32,000 bases of DNA from Desulfatiglandales bacterium (GTDB lineage Bacteria > Desulfobacterota > DSM-4660 > Desulfatiglandales > Desulfatiglandaceae), in NCBI GenBank assembly GCA_963662465.1, contig OY759599.1:4005403-4037402 (forward strand). The letters are read 5' to 3'. The notes beneath the pieces were generated by a model, which had not been told where the DNA came from, made no database searches, and worked only from the letters and a program-made list of their open reading frames with translations. The translations under genes were made by a program, and so were the position numbers. Below, one piece after another: positions 1 through 9,641 of the stretch. The stretch's first letter is position 1, and each line of letters begins with the position of its first letter.

Positions 1-1285
1 GGTAATCGGTCAGCCCGCGCATATACCGGGATTCCGCCACCCGTTGGGTGGCGCGGGCTTCCAGCACAAAACTCAGGACATCCTCGCGACGCTCAATCTG
101 TTTTTTGCGGGTTAAAAGCGCATTTTCAACCTCTCTAAAGGCATTCAGCACCGCTTTAGCGTATGCGGCAACCCCTTGGGCATATCGTGCTTCGGCGGCC
201 CGTTGATTGGCCTTTAACCGACCGGCATCGAAGAGCGGCTGCGCCAGAGCCGCGGCCAAACTCCAGGCAGCCCCGGGCTGAAAGAGGTTGAACAATTCTT
301 CGCTGGCATAGCCGTAGGCCCCCGTCAAATTGATACTGGGAAAACGGCTGGCCTTGGCCACACCGATCTGCGCATTTAAGGCCTTCAGCTGCGCTTCGGC
401 CGCCCGAATATCCGGTCTGCGCAGCAGCAGTTCACTGGGAAGACCAGGCGGTATGGCCCTGAGCTTCTTGTAATAGTCCTCGGGCTGAGAATAGGGTTTA
501 TGGGTTTTGGGATATTCCCCGGAAAGCACGGAAAGGGCCTGCTGTGCGGCGCCCAGTTCCTGCCTGAGCTGAGGGATATTTCCCCTTGCCTGGTTCAAGG
601 TCCGCCGGGCCTGTCTGAGATCCAGAATGCTGGTCAGGCCCCGCTTATAACGCCGCTCCACGAATGTGACGCTTTCCTGGTAATTATTCAAGCTTTGAAG
701 GGTGATCTGGATCCGTCTTTCAAGGGATTGAATTTGCAAATAAAGGCTGATGGCCTCGGACACCAGACTCTGGGACAGGGTCAGCCGATTTTCTTCCTCT
801 TGCAACAATTGGGCGCGTGCGGCTTCTTCGGCCCGTGCATATTTCCCCCACAGGTCCACCTCATAAGAGGCCGGCAGGGAAGCGCTGTACTGGCTCACGG
901 TTCCACCCATGGGAATCCCCGCGAAAAACGATTCGGGCTCATGTTGCCGTTGCGCGCCGCCTTGAACTCCAAGCGTGGGAAAACGATCCGCCCGCGTCTG
1001 AATGACCTGGTATTGCAATTCCAAAATACGCGCGGCGGCCTGCTGAAGATCCGGATTGTTTTTCAGCACCCGGTTCACCAAACTGTTAATCTCAGCATCT
1101 CCAAAAACCTCCCACCATCGATCCTCTGCTGTAACGGCAATCGCATTTTTGGGTGTATACTGAAACTTTTCCGGCGGGGACAGCTGAAGATCCGGTTTTT
1201 TAAAATCCGGCCCCATCTTCATGCACCCACCAACCATCAGACAGAGGACCAGCAACATCCAAAATAACACCCTCACCGGTCTCAT
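1..1285 (-). CDS. NodT/CusC-type outer-membrane efflux lipoprotein (partial, 3' end outside window)
   Basis: Hand translation of the minus strand gives MRPVRVLFWMLLVLCLMVGGC (lipobox) ...RWWEVFGDAEINSLV...NNPDLQQAAARI...YEVDLWGK...LRRPDIRAAEAQL...ESRYMRGLTDY, typical of NodT-like efflux lipoproteins; start overlaps the upstream TetR stop (ATGA). Confidence 0.9.
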   Translation of the reverse strand, partial: MRPVRVLFWMLLVLCLMVGGCMKMGPDFKKPDLQLSPPEKFQYTPKNAIAVTAEDRWWEVFGDAEINSLVNRVLKNNPDLQQAAARILELQYQVIQTRADRFPTLGVQGGAQRQHEPESFFAGIPMGGTVSQYSASLPASYEVDLWGKYARAEEAARAQLLQEEENRLTLSQSLVSEAISLYLQIQSLERRIQITLQSLNNYQESVTFVERRYKRGLTSILDLRQARRTLNQARGNIPQLRQELGAAQQALSVLSGEYPKTHKPYSQPEDYYKKLRAIPPGLPSELLLRRPDIRAAEAQLKALNAQIGVAKASRFPSINLTGAYGYASEELFNLFQPGAAWSLAAALAQPLFDAGRLKANQRAAEARYAQGVAAYAKAVLNAFREVENALLTRKKQIERREDVLSFVLEARATQRVAESRYMRGLTDY

Positions 1286-1935
1286 GGGTTGCCTCCCTTC
1301 CCAACGCCATTCAACCCACTGAGGCAGAATTGAACCACATGTTCCACCAGTTCATCCTTGAACCGGGCATCATATTCCCGGCCCGTAATGCGCATCACCG
1401 GGTTTCTGGCAAAATTAAAATGGATCACCATACTGATAATGCTCTGAATCTGAAGCAGCAACGATACCTGCCCCATCTCCCGGTCCATGAAAGGACGAAT
1501 CAAGTCCGCCAGCTTTTGCTGAAAGGGCCCGATCACCTCTCCCACAACCATTTCAAAGGCCTCCGTGGGCTTGGCCATTTCCCGAACCATTAACTGGGAG
1601 TGACGTAACCGTTCATCGTCTGAAAGCGGTCCCTTGATAAACGCTTCCGCCACCGCACGGACAATGCCCGCCAGCGTCACCTCTCTTTTAGCCCCAAGAA
1701 TACTCTCGAAGCGTGCCAGAACCCGTTTGGCCCTGGGTTTCCAGAGGCATCTGAACACCTCCATGTAAAGATTTTCCTTATTGCCGAAATGGTAATTCAC
1801 CGCGGCCAGATTGCAATGAGCCGCTTTTGTAATTTCACGAATGGTCACCGCATAATAGCCGCGCTCCGCAAACAGGGCTTCCGCTTCACACAGGATTCGT
1901 TCTCTTGGGATATCGACCTTTGGGGTCCCCGCCAT
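1282..1935 (-). CDS. TetR-family transcriptional regulator (CerR-like C-terminal domain)
   Basis: N-terminal HTH RERILCEAEALFAERGYYAVTIREITKAAHCNLAAVNYHFGNKENLY; C-terminal FNFARNPVMRITGREYD. Confidence 0.9.
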   Translation of the reverse strand: MAGTPKVDIPRERILCEAEALFAERGYYAVTIREITKAAHCNLAAVNYHFGNKENLYMEVFRCLWKPRAKRVLARFESILGAKREVTLAGIVRAVAEAFIKGPLSDDERLRHSQLMVREMAKPTEAFEMVVGEVIGPFQQKLADLIRPFMDREMGQVSLLLQIQSIISMVIHFNFARNPVMRITGREYDARFKDELVEHVVQFCLSGLNGVGKGGNP

Positions 1936-2093
1936 AATATTTAAACCTCCGTTTCATACAAACATATGTATTAAACAGATGTTTTAATGTCAAGGGTTTT
2001 TTACATTCTTAAAAAACGCAAAAAGCAGGCTAGAGTGTGAAAATAATTTGAAAACCGTAAACGTAAACCAAGAGGGAGGGGGTAAACAGGCCT

Positions 2094-2450
2094 TTAATCA
2101 CAATGTTCCGGTTCGATGTCAAAAATTAAAGCGATCGCCTTCTTTATGGCGTCAACTTCAGCGATTGTGACGTTCCCGATCCTGTTGACAAATCTCTTAT
2201 GGCTCAGGGCCCTGACCTGGAAACAGTCAACTGCCGATTTTTTTTGAAGGCCATTAACCGCATTTGGATTTAGGATCACAAAAAAGGGATTTTCCTCCCA
2301 ATACGGACTCCACGAGGTGATAGGAACAACAATCGCCAGCCTGAGATGTTTCTCATGACCGCCATTCAAGACAATGACCGGACGCGTTTTTCTAATTTCA
2401 TCACCCATTGTTGGCGCAAGATTGACCCAGTAGAGTTCACCTGTTTTCAA
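2094..2450 (-). CDS. MazF/PemK-family toxin
   Basis: GELYWVNLAPTMGDEIRKTRPVIVLN...VVPITS...; track ORF starts at a TTG at 2474 but a second TTG at 2450 is preceded by AAGGGGAAG, so the start is ambiguous. Confidence 0.85.
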   Translation of the reverse strand: MKTGELYWVNLAPTMGDEIRKTRPVIVLNGGHEKHLRLAIVVPITSWSPYWEENPFFVILNPNAVNGLQKKSAVDCFQVRALSHKRFVNRIGNVTIAEVDAIKKAIALIFDIEPEHCD

Positions 2451-2679
2451 AATCTTCCCCTTCGATGTTTTCAAAAAGGTTATGATATTCCCCTTTTCCG
2501 ATCATTTCCATGGCCTTTAGCCTCTTTAACACTCGAAGTCTTTTTCGATCTTCCCGCACTTTGGCATTGATCGCCTCGCGTATATACTCGCTCAAACTTC
2601 TGTACTCCAACTCTTTATATACTTTTTTGATGAAGCTGTAATTTTCGGGCTCGATTTGAATTTTGGTCTGGATCAGCAT
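2437..2679 (-). CDS. Ribbon-helix-helix antitoxin paired with the MazF toxin
   Basis: KIQIEPENYSFIKKVYKELEYRSLSEYIREAINAKVREDRKR, CopG/RHH-like; immediately upstream of and overlapping the toxin. Confidence 0.8.
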   Translation of the reverse strand: MLIQTKIQIEPENYSFIKKVYKELEYRSLSEYIREAINAKVREDRKRLRVLKRLKAMEMIGKGEYHNLFENIEGEDFENR

Positions 2680-2852
2680 GCGCTATCCCCCTGTTTTCCT
2701 GCTTTGAAACAACCATCAATAAAAAAAACGGTCTCTGCCGCAGACAGCCAAGGCATCCATTGTGAGCAAATATAGGCCTTATGTCAAGGGACATTAAATA
2801 GGGGCACCTGTTCCTTTTTTAAGCTAACAGCTAACGGCTAACGGCTGTATTT

Positions 2853-4100
2853 TCATGGCAAAAGATCGGATACGACCCCAGCCGCCATGAGTTCTTTGAT
2901 TTCGGGGTCCGTATAACCATTTTCCCGAAGAACCATTACGGTATGTTCGCCCAGTTTCGGGGCCAGGGTGCGGGTTCCGGCGCTGCATGCACTGAAATGA
3001 ATGGGATATCCCGGAATCTGAATTTTTCCCAGGGTTGGGTCCTCAAAATCGACCACATAATCATTGGCCAGCGCCTGAGGATCATTTTTAACCTCGCTGA
3101 TATGCTGAATTGAGCAGAACATGAGACCGCGGGCCAGAAATATGGCCATCCACTCATCCCGTGTTTTGGCGGCAAAGACCCCATCGAAGTAATCCATTAA
3201 TGCCGAGCTGTTGGTCGCTCTGGCCCCACCGTCCGCATATCGGGGATCGGAAATCAGTTGGGGCTGCCCCGTGGCCTCACAGAAGCTTGACCAGTATTTC
3301 TCTTCCGGGTGATGTGCGCCGATAATCCATTCTCCGTCCCGGCATAGAAAAAAGTTTCGCAAGGGAGAGTGATTTTTTCGGTCATGATGCACAACGGGTT
3401 CAATGGAGAGGAGATTGCCGATCATCAAGGTCGGGTGCATCAACCATTGCGCCGTTCCGAATAGAGACACGTGAACTTCCTGCCCCATCCCACGTCGTTC
3501 GCGAACAAACAGGGCTGTGATAATGGCGTGGCTCAGCGTAATGGACGTGGCCTGATCCAAAATGCCGATATGCATCAGAAGCGGCTCATCGGTCCCCGAA
3601 ACAAACATCATACCCGAACGGGCCAATCCCAGGGGATCAAAGGCCCCCAGATCGCTCATAGGTCCCTCGGGTCCGTATCCGGACACATTGGCATGGATCA
3701 AGCGGGGATTTACCCGGGACAGGGTCGCATAATCGATCCCGATCTTTGCTTTGGTGCTTTTGCGAAGGTTGGTCAGAAAAACATCCGATGTTTTGATAAA
3801 ATCATGGAAAACCGCTCTCCCCCTGGGATGATTAATATCCAGACAGATTCCTTTTTTACCGCGGTTAGAGGCTTGAAACATGACGCTTTCGCCTCCCGGC
3901 AGCGACAGGTCCAACTGACCCAATCGCGTCCAATAGCGCTCCGGATCTCCTTCCGTGGGCTCAATCTTGATCACTTCGGCGCCAAGATCTCCCAGAATGC
4001 CGCCGGCGCCGGGTCCGGCGTGAAAGAGGCCATATTCCAAAACACGGATTCCCTCCAGGGGGCGCGGCAAGCTGTTTTCTTGTTTTTCACTTTCAATCAT
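2853..4100 (-). CDS. CaiB/BaiF-family CoA-transferase (class III)
   Basis: GIRVLEYGLFHAGPGAGGILGDLGAEVIKIEPTEGDPERYW ... SNRGKKGICLDINHPRGRAVFHDFI ... NPRLIHANVSGYGPEGP. Confidence 0.93.
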   Translation of the reverse strand: MIESEKQENSLPRPLEGIRVLEYGLFHAGPGAGGILGDLGAEVIKIEPTEGDPERYWTRLGQLDLSLPGGESVMFQASNRGKKGICLDINHPRGRAVFHDFIKTSDVFLTNLRKSTKAKIGIDYATLSRVNPRLIHANVSGYGPEGPMSDLGAFDPLGLARSGMMFVSGTDEPLLMHIGILDQATSITLSHAIITALFVRERRGMGQEVHVSLFGTAQWLMHPTLMIGNLLSIEPVVHHDRKNHSPLRNFFLCRDGEWIIGAHHPEEKYWSSFCEATGQPQLISDPRYADGGARATNSSALMDYFDGVFAAKTRDEWMAIFLARGLMFCSIQHISEVKNDPQALANDYVVDFEDPTLGKIQIPGYPIHFSACSAGTRTLAPKLGEHTVMVLRENGYTDPEIKELMAAGVVSDLLP

Positions 4101-4123
4101 ATGAGAAACATCTCCAATAGAAA

Positions 4124-4594
4124 TTAGCGGAATCCCAGGCTAAGCCGGTACATCCAATTCAGGAAAAAAACGGCGGCAATGATCCACCACGCATAAGGTG
4201 ATTTAAGCATCCGGTAAACCCCGGACTCTATCCTCACCCCCAACAACAGTGCGGCTGAATGCCAGGCAAAAAAGGCGACCATCAAACCATAAACCCCCAG
4301 GGAAAGAGGGCAATTGCGCACCGCAAATTGCCAGTCACCCGCTGATATGGCCCAGAACGAACGGGTAAACCCGCAAAACGGGCACGGAAAACCGGTCAAA
4401 TATAAAAATGTGCATTTTTTCAGGGGAAGGATATCACGGGAAACCCATTGGGGTAGAACCAATCCCAAGCCGGTTATCAAGGCCATGGGCAAATGCGCCA
4501 CCACCACGTCCCAGTAAGAAGTGGGTTTCATCCATACCATGTTGCCGGTTACATGATGATGACGTTGTTCTTTGTAACGACGATCGTCCCGCAA
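4124..4594 (-). CDS. DUF2752-family membrane protein
   Basis: CTFLYLTGFPCPFCGFTRSFWA signature with hydrophobic segments on both sides. Confidence 0.8.
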   Translation of the reverse strand: MRDDRRYKEQRHHHVTGNMVWMKPTSYWDVVVAHLPMALITGLGLVLPQWVSRDILPLKKCTFLYLTGFPCPFCGFTRSFWAISAGDWQFAVRNCPLSLGVYGLMVAFFAWHSAALLLGVRIESGVYRMLKSPYAWWIIAAVFFLNWMYRLSLGFR

Positions 4595-4600
4595 GACGTA

Positions 4601-5218
4601 TCACGAATCCAGAGATTCTACCGCAACACCATCAAAAATCTCCCGGTACGCCACGGTAAGAATACACACCTGAATGGGCAACGTAAAAACAACGCCAATG
4701 CCGCAGGCCACCGCCCCAATGCCGCCGATCAGGTTCGATACAATGGAGAAGCCCAGAAAAGGCCAGAAATTGCGTTTCACCATATTGAAGCTTGCAACGG
4801 AGGCCGGCCAGAATTCCATTTTTTTATCCACAATGAGAAACATGCCGAACATCAGCAACGCATGGGCCACAAAGACAACGAAAAGGGACGCCAGTTGACC
4901 GAGGCAGGGAACGAGACCCAGGATAAGGCTCACCACAAAGATGGCAACCCCCCAAACAACAAAAAAAAGAAAACTGTTCAGAAAAAAATCAAACCCCCTC
5001 AAAAGGTTTCCCACCTCGGGCTGAGGTTCTTTTCGGTCGTGCAATTGAAATACAATGAGAAGGATACCCGCCGCCATGGGGCCGGCGAGGACCCCGACAG
5101 TGATGCTGCCGACAATTACGGCAATCAGGGAAGCCAGTACAAGAATACCGAAATTTTCCTTGTAAAGGTTGAAACCCCGCTCAATCCACTCTCCAAATTT
5201 GACATCTATTTTATCCAT
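4601..5218 (-). CDS. Small multi-pass membrane protein of unknown function
   Basis: Several hydrophobic helices; start placed at ATG 5218 (MDKIDVKFGEW) behind GGAGGAGG rather than at 5260. Confidence 0.75.
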   Translation of the reverse strand: MDKIDVKFGEWIERGFNLYKENFGILVLASLIAVIVGSITVGVLAGPMAAGILLIVFQLHDRKEPQPEVGNLLRGFDFFLNSFLFFVVWGVAIFVVSLILGLVPCLGQLASLFVVFVAHALLMFGMFLIVDKKMEFWPASVASFNMVKRNFWPFLGFSIVSNLIGGIGAVACGIGVVFTLPIQVCILTVAYREIFDGVAVESLDS

Positions 5219-5278
5219 GTGCCTCCTCCAACAATAATAGTTAAATTTACCCTGTCTCACACCATTTTAACGGCGCAT

Positions 5279-5782
5279 TTATGGATTGCCGTTTAAAACA
5301 ACCCAGAGTTTTGTTCCTATATGCAAAACTGTTTTCGAATTTATTTTGTTCAGGCGACACAATTGATCAACGCTCATGTTGTGCTGCTGCGCAATGCGGA
5401 ACAGGCTGTCCCCACGTTTAACAACATAAGCCTGTTTTCCCTTTTTATTTTTATCGAGCCGCACCACCTTTTTGTTTTTATCAGGCCGCGCCGCTTTGGC
5501 TGGGGGCGCAACAGTCTTCTTTGGAACAACCGGGGCAAGACGCGCTGTAATCGCCCGCTCCCAGGCATCCATGGATTGCTGGAGTTTTCGAAGTTCAACC
5601 TCCAGGAAAGCCGTCTTTTTCGAGGATTTTTCAATGTTTGCCAGCCTGTCTTCTATTTTCTCAAGCCTTGATTTGATCGAACTGACGTCCTTGGATACTT
5701 TTTTATCGGAGCATCCAAATAGACAACTACCCAAAAACACCACAAAAAGGGCGCCGTAAAACATGCCAAGGCATTTTTTCAT
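5279..5782 (-). CDS. LysM-domain lipoprotein with coiled-coil region
   Basis: Signal/lipobox FVVFLGSCLFGC; coiled coil SIKSRLEKIEDRLANIEKS; C-terminal LysM YVVKRGDSLFRIAQQHNMSVDQLCRLNKI. Confidence 0.85.
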   Translation of the reverse strand: MKKCLGMFYGALFVVFLGSCLFGCSDKKVSKDVSSIKSRLEKIEDRLANIEKSSKKTAFLEVELRKLQQSMDAWERAITARLAPVVPKKTVAPPAKAARPDKNKKVVRLDKNKKGKQAYVVKRGDSLFRIAQQHNMSVDQLCRLNKINSKTVLHIGTKLWVVLNGNP

Positions 5783-5941
5783 TTAACATTCCTTTCTTTG
5801 CGAATTTTCTTTGTGAGAGATTAAACATTTTCAAAGCTTCAGGTCAATCCATTTTTTACATAGAACACATGCATCGTGCCCCTACTTGAATTTCACGGTA
5901 AGGGATGATACAAAAGCAAAAATACAATAATAGGATCAGCG

Positions 5942-6973
5942 ATGTGGAATTCACTTTTATCATTATTTACGCATACGGGAATCAAAAATCTTCGATTCCT
6001 TCAACACATCCGCCAACCGGTAGTCGTGATGTTTTTGCTCATTTTAATGCTGTCATTAATATTCTTCAATGAGCATTGCAGCGCGAAACAAAGCAGTCCC
6101 CTCCCCCCCGAACCGATTCCCTCCAAACAGCTGCAACAGACGCTGGATCAGGTCGTGGCCATGAACCTCAAGGAGCAACCCGGCCTCGCACCCAACCAAG
6201 TGCATTTGGCACTCATTGACATGTCAAAGCCCGGACGACCCCGACTGGCCCAATATAACGGTCGTAAACCCGTTTACCCCTCAAGCGTCATCAAAATGAT
6301 TTATATGGGGTATGTTTACCACCTGGCCAGGGAAGGCACTCTCAACATCACCCCCCAGGTTCATCAAAAACTCTATCAGATGATACACCCTTCCAGCAAC
6401 ACAGCCACAGCCTGGATTGTTGATTTATGGAGCCGAACATCAGGAGAAGAAATCCGGTCGCCTGAAGCCTATGAAGCATTTTCATTTAAGCGAAATGCCT
6501 GTAATCGCTGGCTGCGCTCCCTGGAAATTGACCCCATCAACGCCTGTCAGAAAACATGGGGTTCGCCCATACCGCCCGGTGAAAAGCAGTTTTTGAGAAA
6601 TGGGAAATCCCCGGGCCACCCCTGGATCAATCGGAATTCCATGACGGCGGTTGCCGCCGCCAGGTTTCTTCAGATCCTGGCCCGAAATGCACTGGTGGAC
6701 CCTGAAAGCTGCAACGAAATGCGGAAACTAATGGTCAGAGACGTTAAAAATCAGTCCTACCAACAAATGAGAATCGCGGGAGGAATACCAGGAGGAGCAA
6801 CGGTTTTTTCAAAAACCGGCACCACCGCCGACACATTCCATGATGCCGGCATTGTGACACTGCCCGATGGTCGAAAATTCGTTTTAACGGTTTTCATTAC
6901 AGGAAAATACAGAGGCGCCTTTATTCGGGATGTATCACGGGATGTATGCACCTATTTCATGAAAAAGAAATGA
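5942..6973 (+). CDS. Beta-lactamase-fold serine hydrolase, membrane anchored/secreted
   Basis: Active-site-like SSVIK (SxxK), SSN, and SKTGT (KTG) motifs; N-terminal hydrophobic segment. Confidence 0.8.
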   Translation: MWNSLLSLFTHTGIKNLRFLQHIRQPVVVMFLLILMLSLIFFNEHCSAKQSSPLPPEPIPSKQLQQTLDQVVAMNLKEQPGLAPNQVHLALIDMSKPGRPRLAQYNGRKPVYPSSVIKMIYMGYVYHLAREGTLNITPQVHQKLYQMIHPSSNTATAWIVDLWSRTSGEEIRSPEAYEAFSFKRNACNRWLRSLEIDPINACQKTWGSPIPPGEKQFLRNGKSPGHPWINRNSMTAVAAARFLQILARNALVDPESCNEMRKLMVRDVKNQSYQQMRIAGGIPGGATVFSKTGTTADTFHDAGIVTLPDGRKFVLTVFITGKYRGAFIRDVSRDVCTYFMKKK

Positions 6974-6980
6974 ACGTCCG

Positions 6981-8075
6981 TTAAAGGGTGTACCCATCCT
7001 CCTCAAAAAGCGCCACACAAGCATCCACCACCCGTACATCAAAAGTTGTTCCGCGTCCGGCCTTGATTTCCGCCAACGCTTTTTCAATACCCAGTGCCGG
7101 TCGATACGGTCTGTGGGAGGACATGCTCTCCACCACATCCGCAACCGCCAAAATCCTTGATTCCAACAAAATTTCGTCCCCTTTAAGGCCAAAGGGATAG
7201 CCTGAACCGTCCAGACGTTCGTGATGCTGAAGCTCAATCTGGGCCACGGGCCATGGAAAATCAATGGTTTTCAAGATATCATAACCCACCTGGGGGTGAG
7301 ACTTAATCAATTCAAATTCATTAGCCCTTATTTTCCCCGGTTTATTTAGTATTTCAAAAGGAACATAGATCTTCCCCAGGTCATGGATGGAACCCGCCAT
7401 GCGAATACCATCCACCTGATCCGGGGGAAGACCCATTTTTTGGGCGATGGCCCGTGAAAGATCGGCCACCCGACGCTGGTGCCCAGCCGTGTAGGGGTCC
7501 CGGGCTTCCGCCGTCAAAGCCAAGGCTTGAATGGTTGCCTCCAGGGATTTTCGCAGTTGGGTCAAGGTTTTTTTCAGTTCTTCCTCGTTACTTCTCAACT
7601 GCCGGGTTCTCTCCTGAACCCTTTTTTCCAGACCCTGGTTCAGGTCGATCAATTCCCGGTTCTGTTCTTCCGTCAATCGCGTCAACTCCCGGTGTTCGTC
7701 GACAAGACGGTACTGGCCAATGGCATCCTTCACAGTCTGCTTCAGCTCACGGATTTCCCAGGGTTTGGTGACAAAACGGAAAACGGCGCCTTGATTAATC
7801 GCCTTGATAACGGTCTCTGTTTCAGCATAACCGGTCATGAGAATACGCACGGTATCCGGCCATCTCTCGCGCACCTCTCCAAGAAAGGCGGTCCCATCCA
7901 TTTCCGGCATCATCTGGTCCGACACCACCACGCAAAAAGGATTTTTTTCCATCTCCTTGATCGCTTTTGAAGGCGTGTCAAAGGTAAATACTTCATAGGG
8001 TTCCCGCTCGAAAATCCGGCTCAGGGTCCCCAGAACAAGCTCCTCGTCGTCAACAAAAGCAATCCGTTCAGGCAC
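6981..8075 (-). CDS. Two-component response regulator with HD-GYP output domain
   Basis: Receiver FVDDEELVLGTL...VVSDQMMPEMDG...TKPW plus HD-GYP motifs RDPYTAGHQRRVADLS, HDLGKIYVP, HHERLDGSGYP. Confidence 0.95.
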   Translation of the reverse strand: MPERIAFVDDEELVLGTLSRIFEREPYEVFTFDTPSKAIKEMEKNPFCVVVSDQMMPEMDGTAFLGEVRERWPDTVRILMTGYAETETVIKAINQGAVFRFVTKPWEIRELKQTVKDAIGQYRLVDEHRELTRLTEEQNRELIDLNQGLEKRVQERTRQLRSNEEELKKTLTQLRKSLEATIQALALTAEARDPYTAGHQRRVADLSRAIAQKMGLPPDQVDGIRMAGSIHDLGKIYVPFEILNKPGKIRANEFELIKSHPQVGYDILKTIDFPWPVAQIELQHHERLDGSGYPFGLKGDEILLESRILAVADVVESMSSHRPYRPALGIEKALAEIKAGRGTTFDVRVVDACVALFEEDGYTL

Positions 8076-8289
8076 GTTTTACCTCTCTGGCATCAGCTAT
8101 CCGGCAAAATCTCAATTTGAAATTCCGGCTTCAATATAGTCATGAAACCCACTGGTACAAACAAAACACAAAGACTTAGTATAAGAAAGTTAAGATTGTT
8201 CGTCAAGGTAACATTGGAAAGCGCATTAGAGAAGAAAATGAATGAAGAGAGTCAATAATAAATCGAAACCGGTGAGGCGGCAACGTGAG

Positions 8290-8649
8290 TTAGCTCCTTG
8301 GATATGAAACGCACAGTTCTATTGCGGCTTGATTGAGACGTCGATCAAAAGTCCAAAGAACAACATTGTCGATAATTGCGGAAGCTAATAGATGGATATC
8401 TACGTATCCAAGGCCACGCCCCATTAGTGAATTATTTTCGATAAATTCCAAAACTTCTATAGTCTCAACAATAGGTGTTGAGGGAAGTGCCTGGAGAAGC
8501 ATTAAAATTTCCGTGCCTAAGTTACCACAGGCTAATTCTCCGATAATAAACGGATGGCAAGCAACAAAGCCAATATTCAAATGAGAAATGAGTTCAGCAT
8601 CAGATTCTCTAAAATGATTGATCCAAACATTTGTGTCGGCAAGAATCAT
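8290..8649 (-). CDS. vapC: VapC-type PIN-domain toxin
   Basis: MILADTNVWINHF ... VVETIEVLEFI ... GLGYVDIHLLASAI ... LWTFDRRL; start at 8649 rather than 8706 because PIN domains begin at this D-rich motif. Confidence 0.88.
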   Translation of the reverse strand: MILADTNVWINHFRESDAELISHLNIGFVACHPFIIGELACGNLGTEILMLLQALPSTPIVETIEVLEFIENNSLMGRGLGYVDIHLLASAIIDNVVLWTFDRRLNQAAIELCVSYPRS

Positions 8650-8650
8650 T

Positions 8651-8845
8651 TTATAGCTCCGATCTCCGGCGACTTGGCATCCGGATTTTTTTCTCGCTTC
8701 CCCCAAGTGCAGCCAAACGCTTACTACTCTCCAGAGTAATCAGGGCTTCAAGTCCCTTGCGGACAAGCGCTGTTTTTTCATTTATTCCTGTGAGTTTTGC
8801 GGCTCTTTCGACAAGAGCGTTTTCAATATTTAACGTTGTTCTCAT
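8651..8845 (-). CDS. vapB: VapB-type antitoxin
   Basis: MRTTLNIENALVERAAKLTGINEKTALVRKGLEALI, directly upstream of the PIN toxin. Confidence 0.88.
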   Translation of the reverse strand: MRTTLNIENALVERAAKLTGINEKTALVRKGLEALITLESSKRLAALGGSEKKIRMPSRRRSEL

Positions 8846-9403
8846 TTCTGTACTCCTCCCCTCTTATTTATGTATCAATTATGCATATCAATATGTACTA
8901 TAAGTATGTATTTTGCAAGATATTTTAACCTAAACTGATCGATTTTCAGGGTTAAATATAATTCTAACGTATCATCTCAATAAAAGGGACTTCCGTGATC
9001 CCTGGAAAATATTTCTCACTTTGCCTTCCTGTCAGCATACTTCATGTCAGAAGGATGGCCGAGAGAAGGAATTATACGATATTGAGTGATTACGGTTTCT
9101 TATGATAGATACGGAAATGATATTGATAAAATTTCACACTTTTCATGGTACACTTGGTCCGTGCAATTTATATGAAGTCTCTAAAACATACCCCCCGGGT
9201 TATAGATTCGGCGAAAATCCAATTTAGAGGCGGAAATGGCAAAAAAACGATTGATCCTGCTGCTCAGTTTGACACCGCAAAGGATTCGAAGAAATTGCTG
9301 CACTGTGATCACTTTGATATGGTATGCCCATTCATGAATAGGAACATATTGTTGTAAATCAATAGGCTGTTAACAAATAGGTTAGGAGGAAACTAGCAAG
9401 CGC

Positions 9404-9625
9404 CTACCCCCCAAAATCCGGATGAATAAACTCCAGAATGTCTCCAGCTTCAGGAAAAGTAGTATCATAATCCTGGGGATAAACGAACCGTCCATTCCGC
9501 TCCACCATCATGGCAGACTCCATTTCGTCATATTCCAGAATTAATTGGGTAATGGAGAATCCTTGGGTGACTTTTTCTTTAAAACCATTAAGGGTCACTT
9601 CAATTTCTTCGGCGTCTTTATTCAT
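9404..9625 (-). CDS. ThiS/MoaD-like ubiquitin-fold sulfur-carrier protein
   Basis: EIEVTLNGFKEKV...ITQLILEY...VERNGRFVYPQDYDTTFPEAGDILEFIHPDFGG ending in Gly-Gly; ATG at 9625 preceded by AAGGAG. Confidence 0.85.
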   Translation of the reverse strand: MNKDAEEIEVTLNGFKEKVTQGFSITQLILEYDEMESAMMVERNGRFVYPQDYDTTFPEAGDILEFIHPDFGG

Positions 9626-9641
9626 GAGAGAATTCTCCTTA

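Noticed and set aside
500-1267. 255-aa plus-strand ORF in the first 1.3 kb
   Set aside because: The minus strand encodes a clear NodT-like lipoprotein missing from the track because it is truncated by the window edge.
2853-4100. Possible loss of the catalytic Asp in the CaiB/BaiF proteins, suspected from the VSLFG and LSMFE segments
   Set aside because: The catalytic Asp of formyl-CoA transferase lies earlier, in the GDSNTG segment; both proteins retain Asp in the corresponding region (ILDQAT, LPDMGT).
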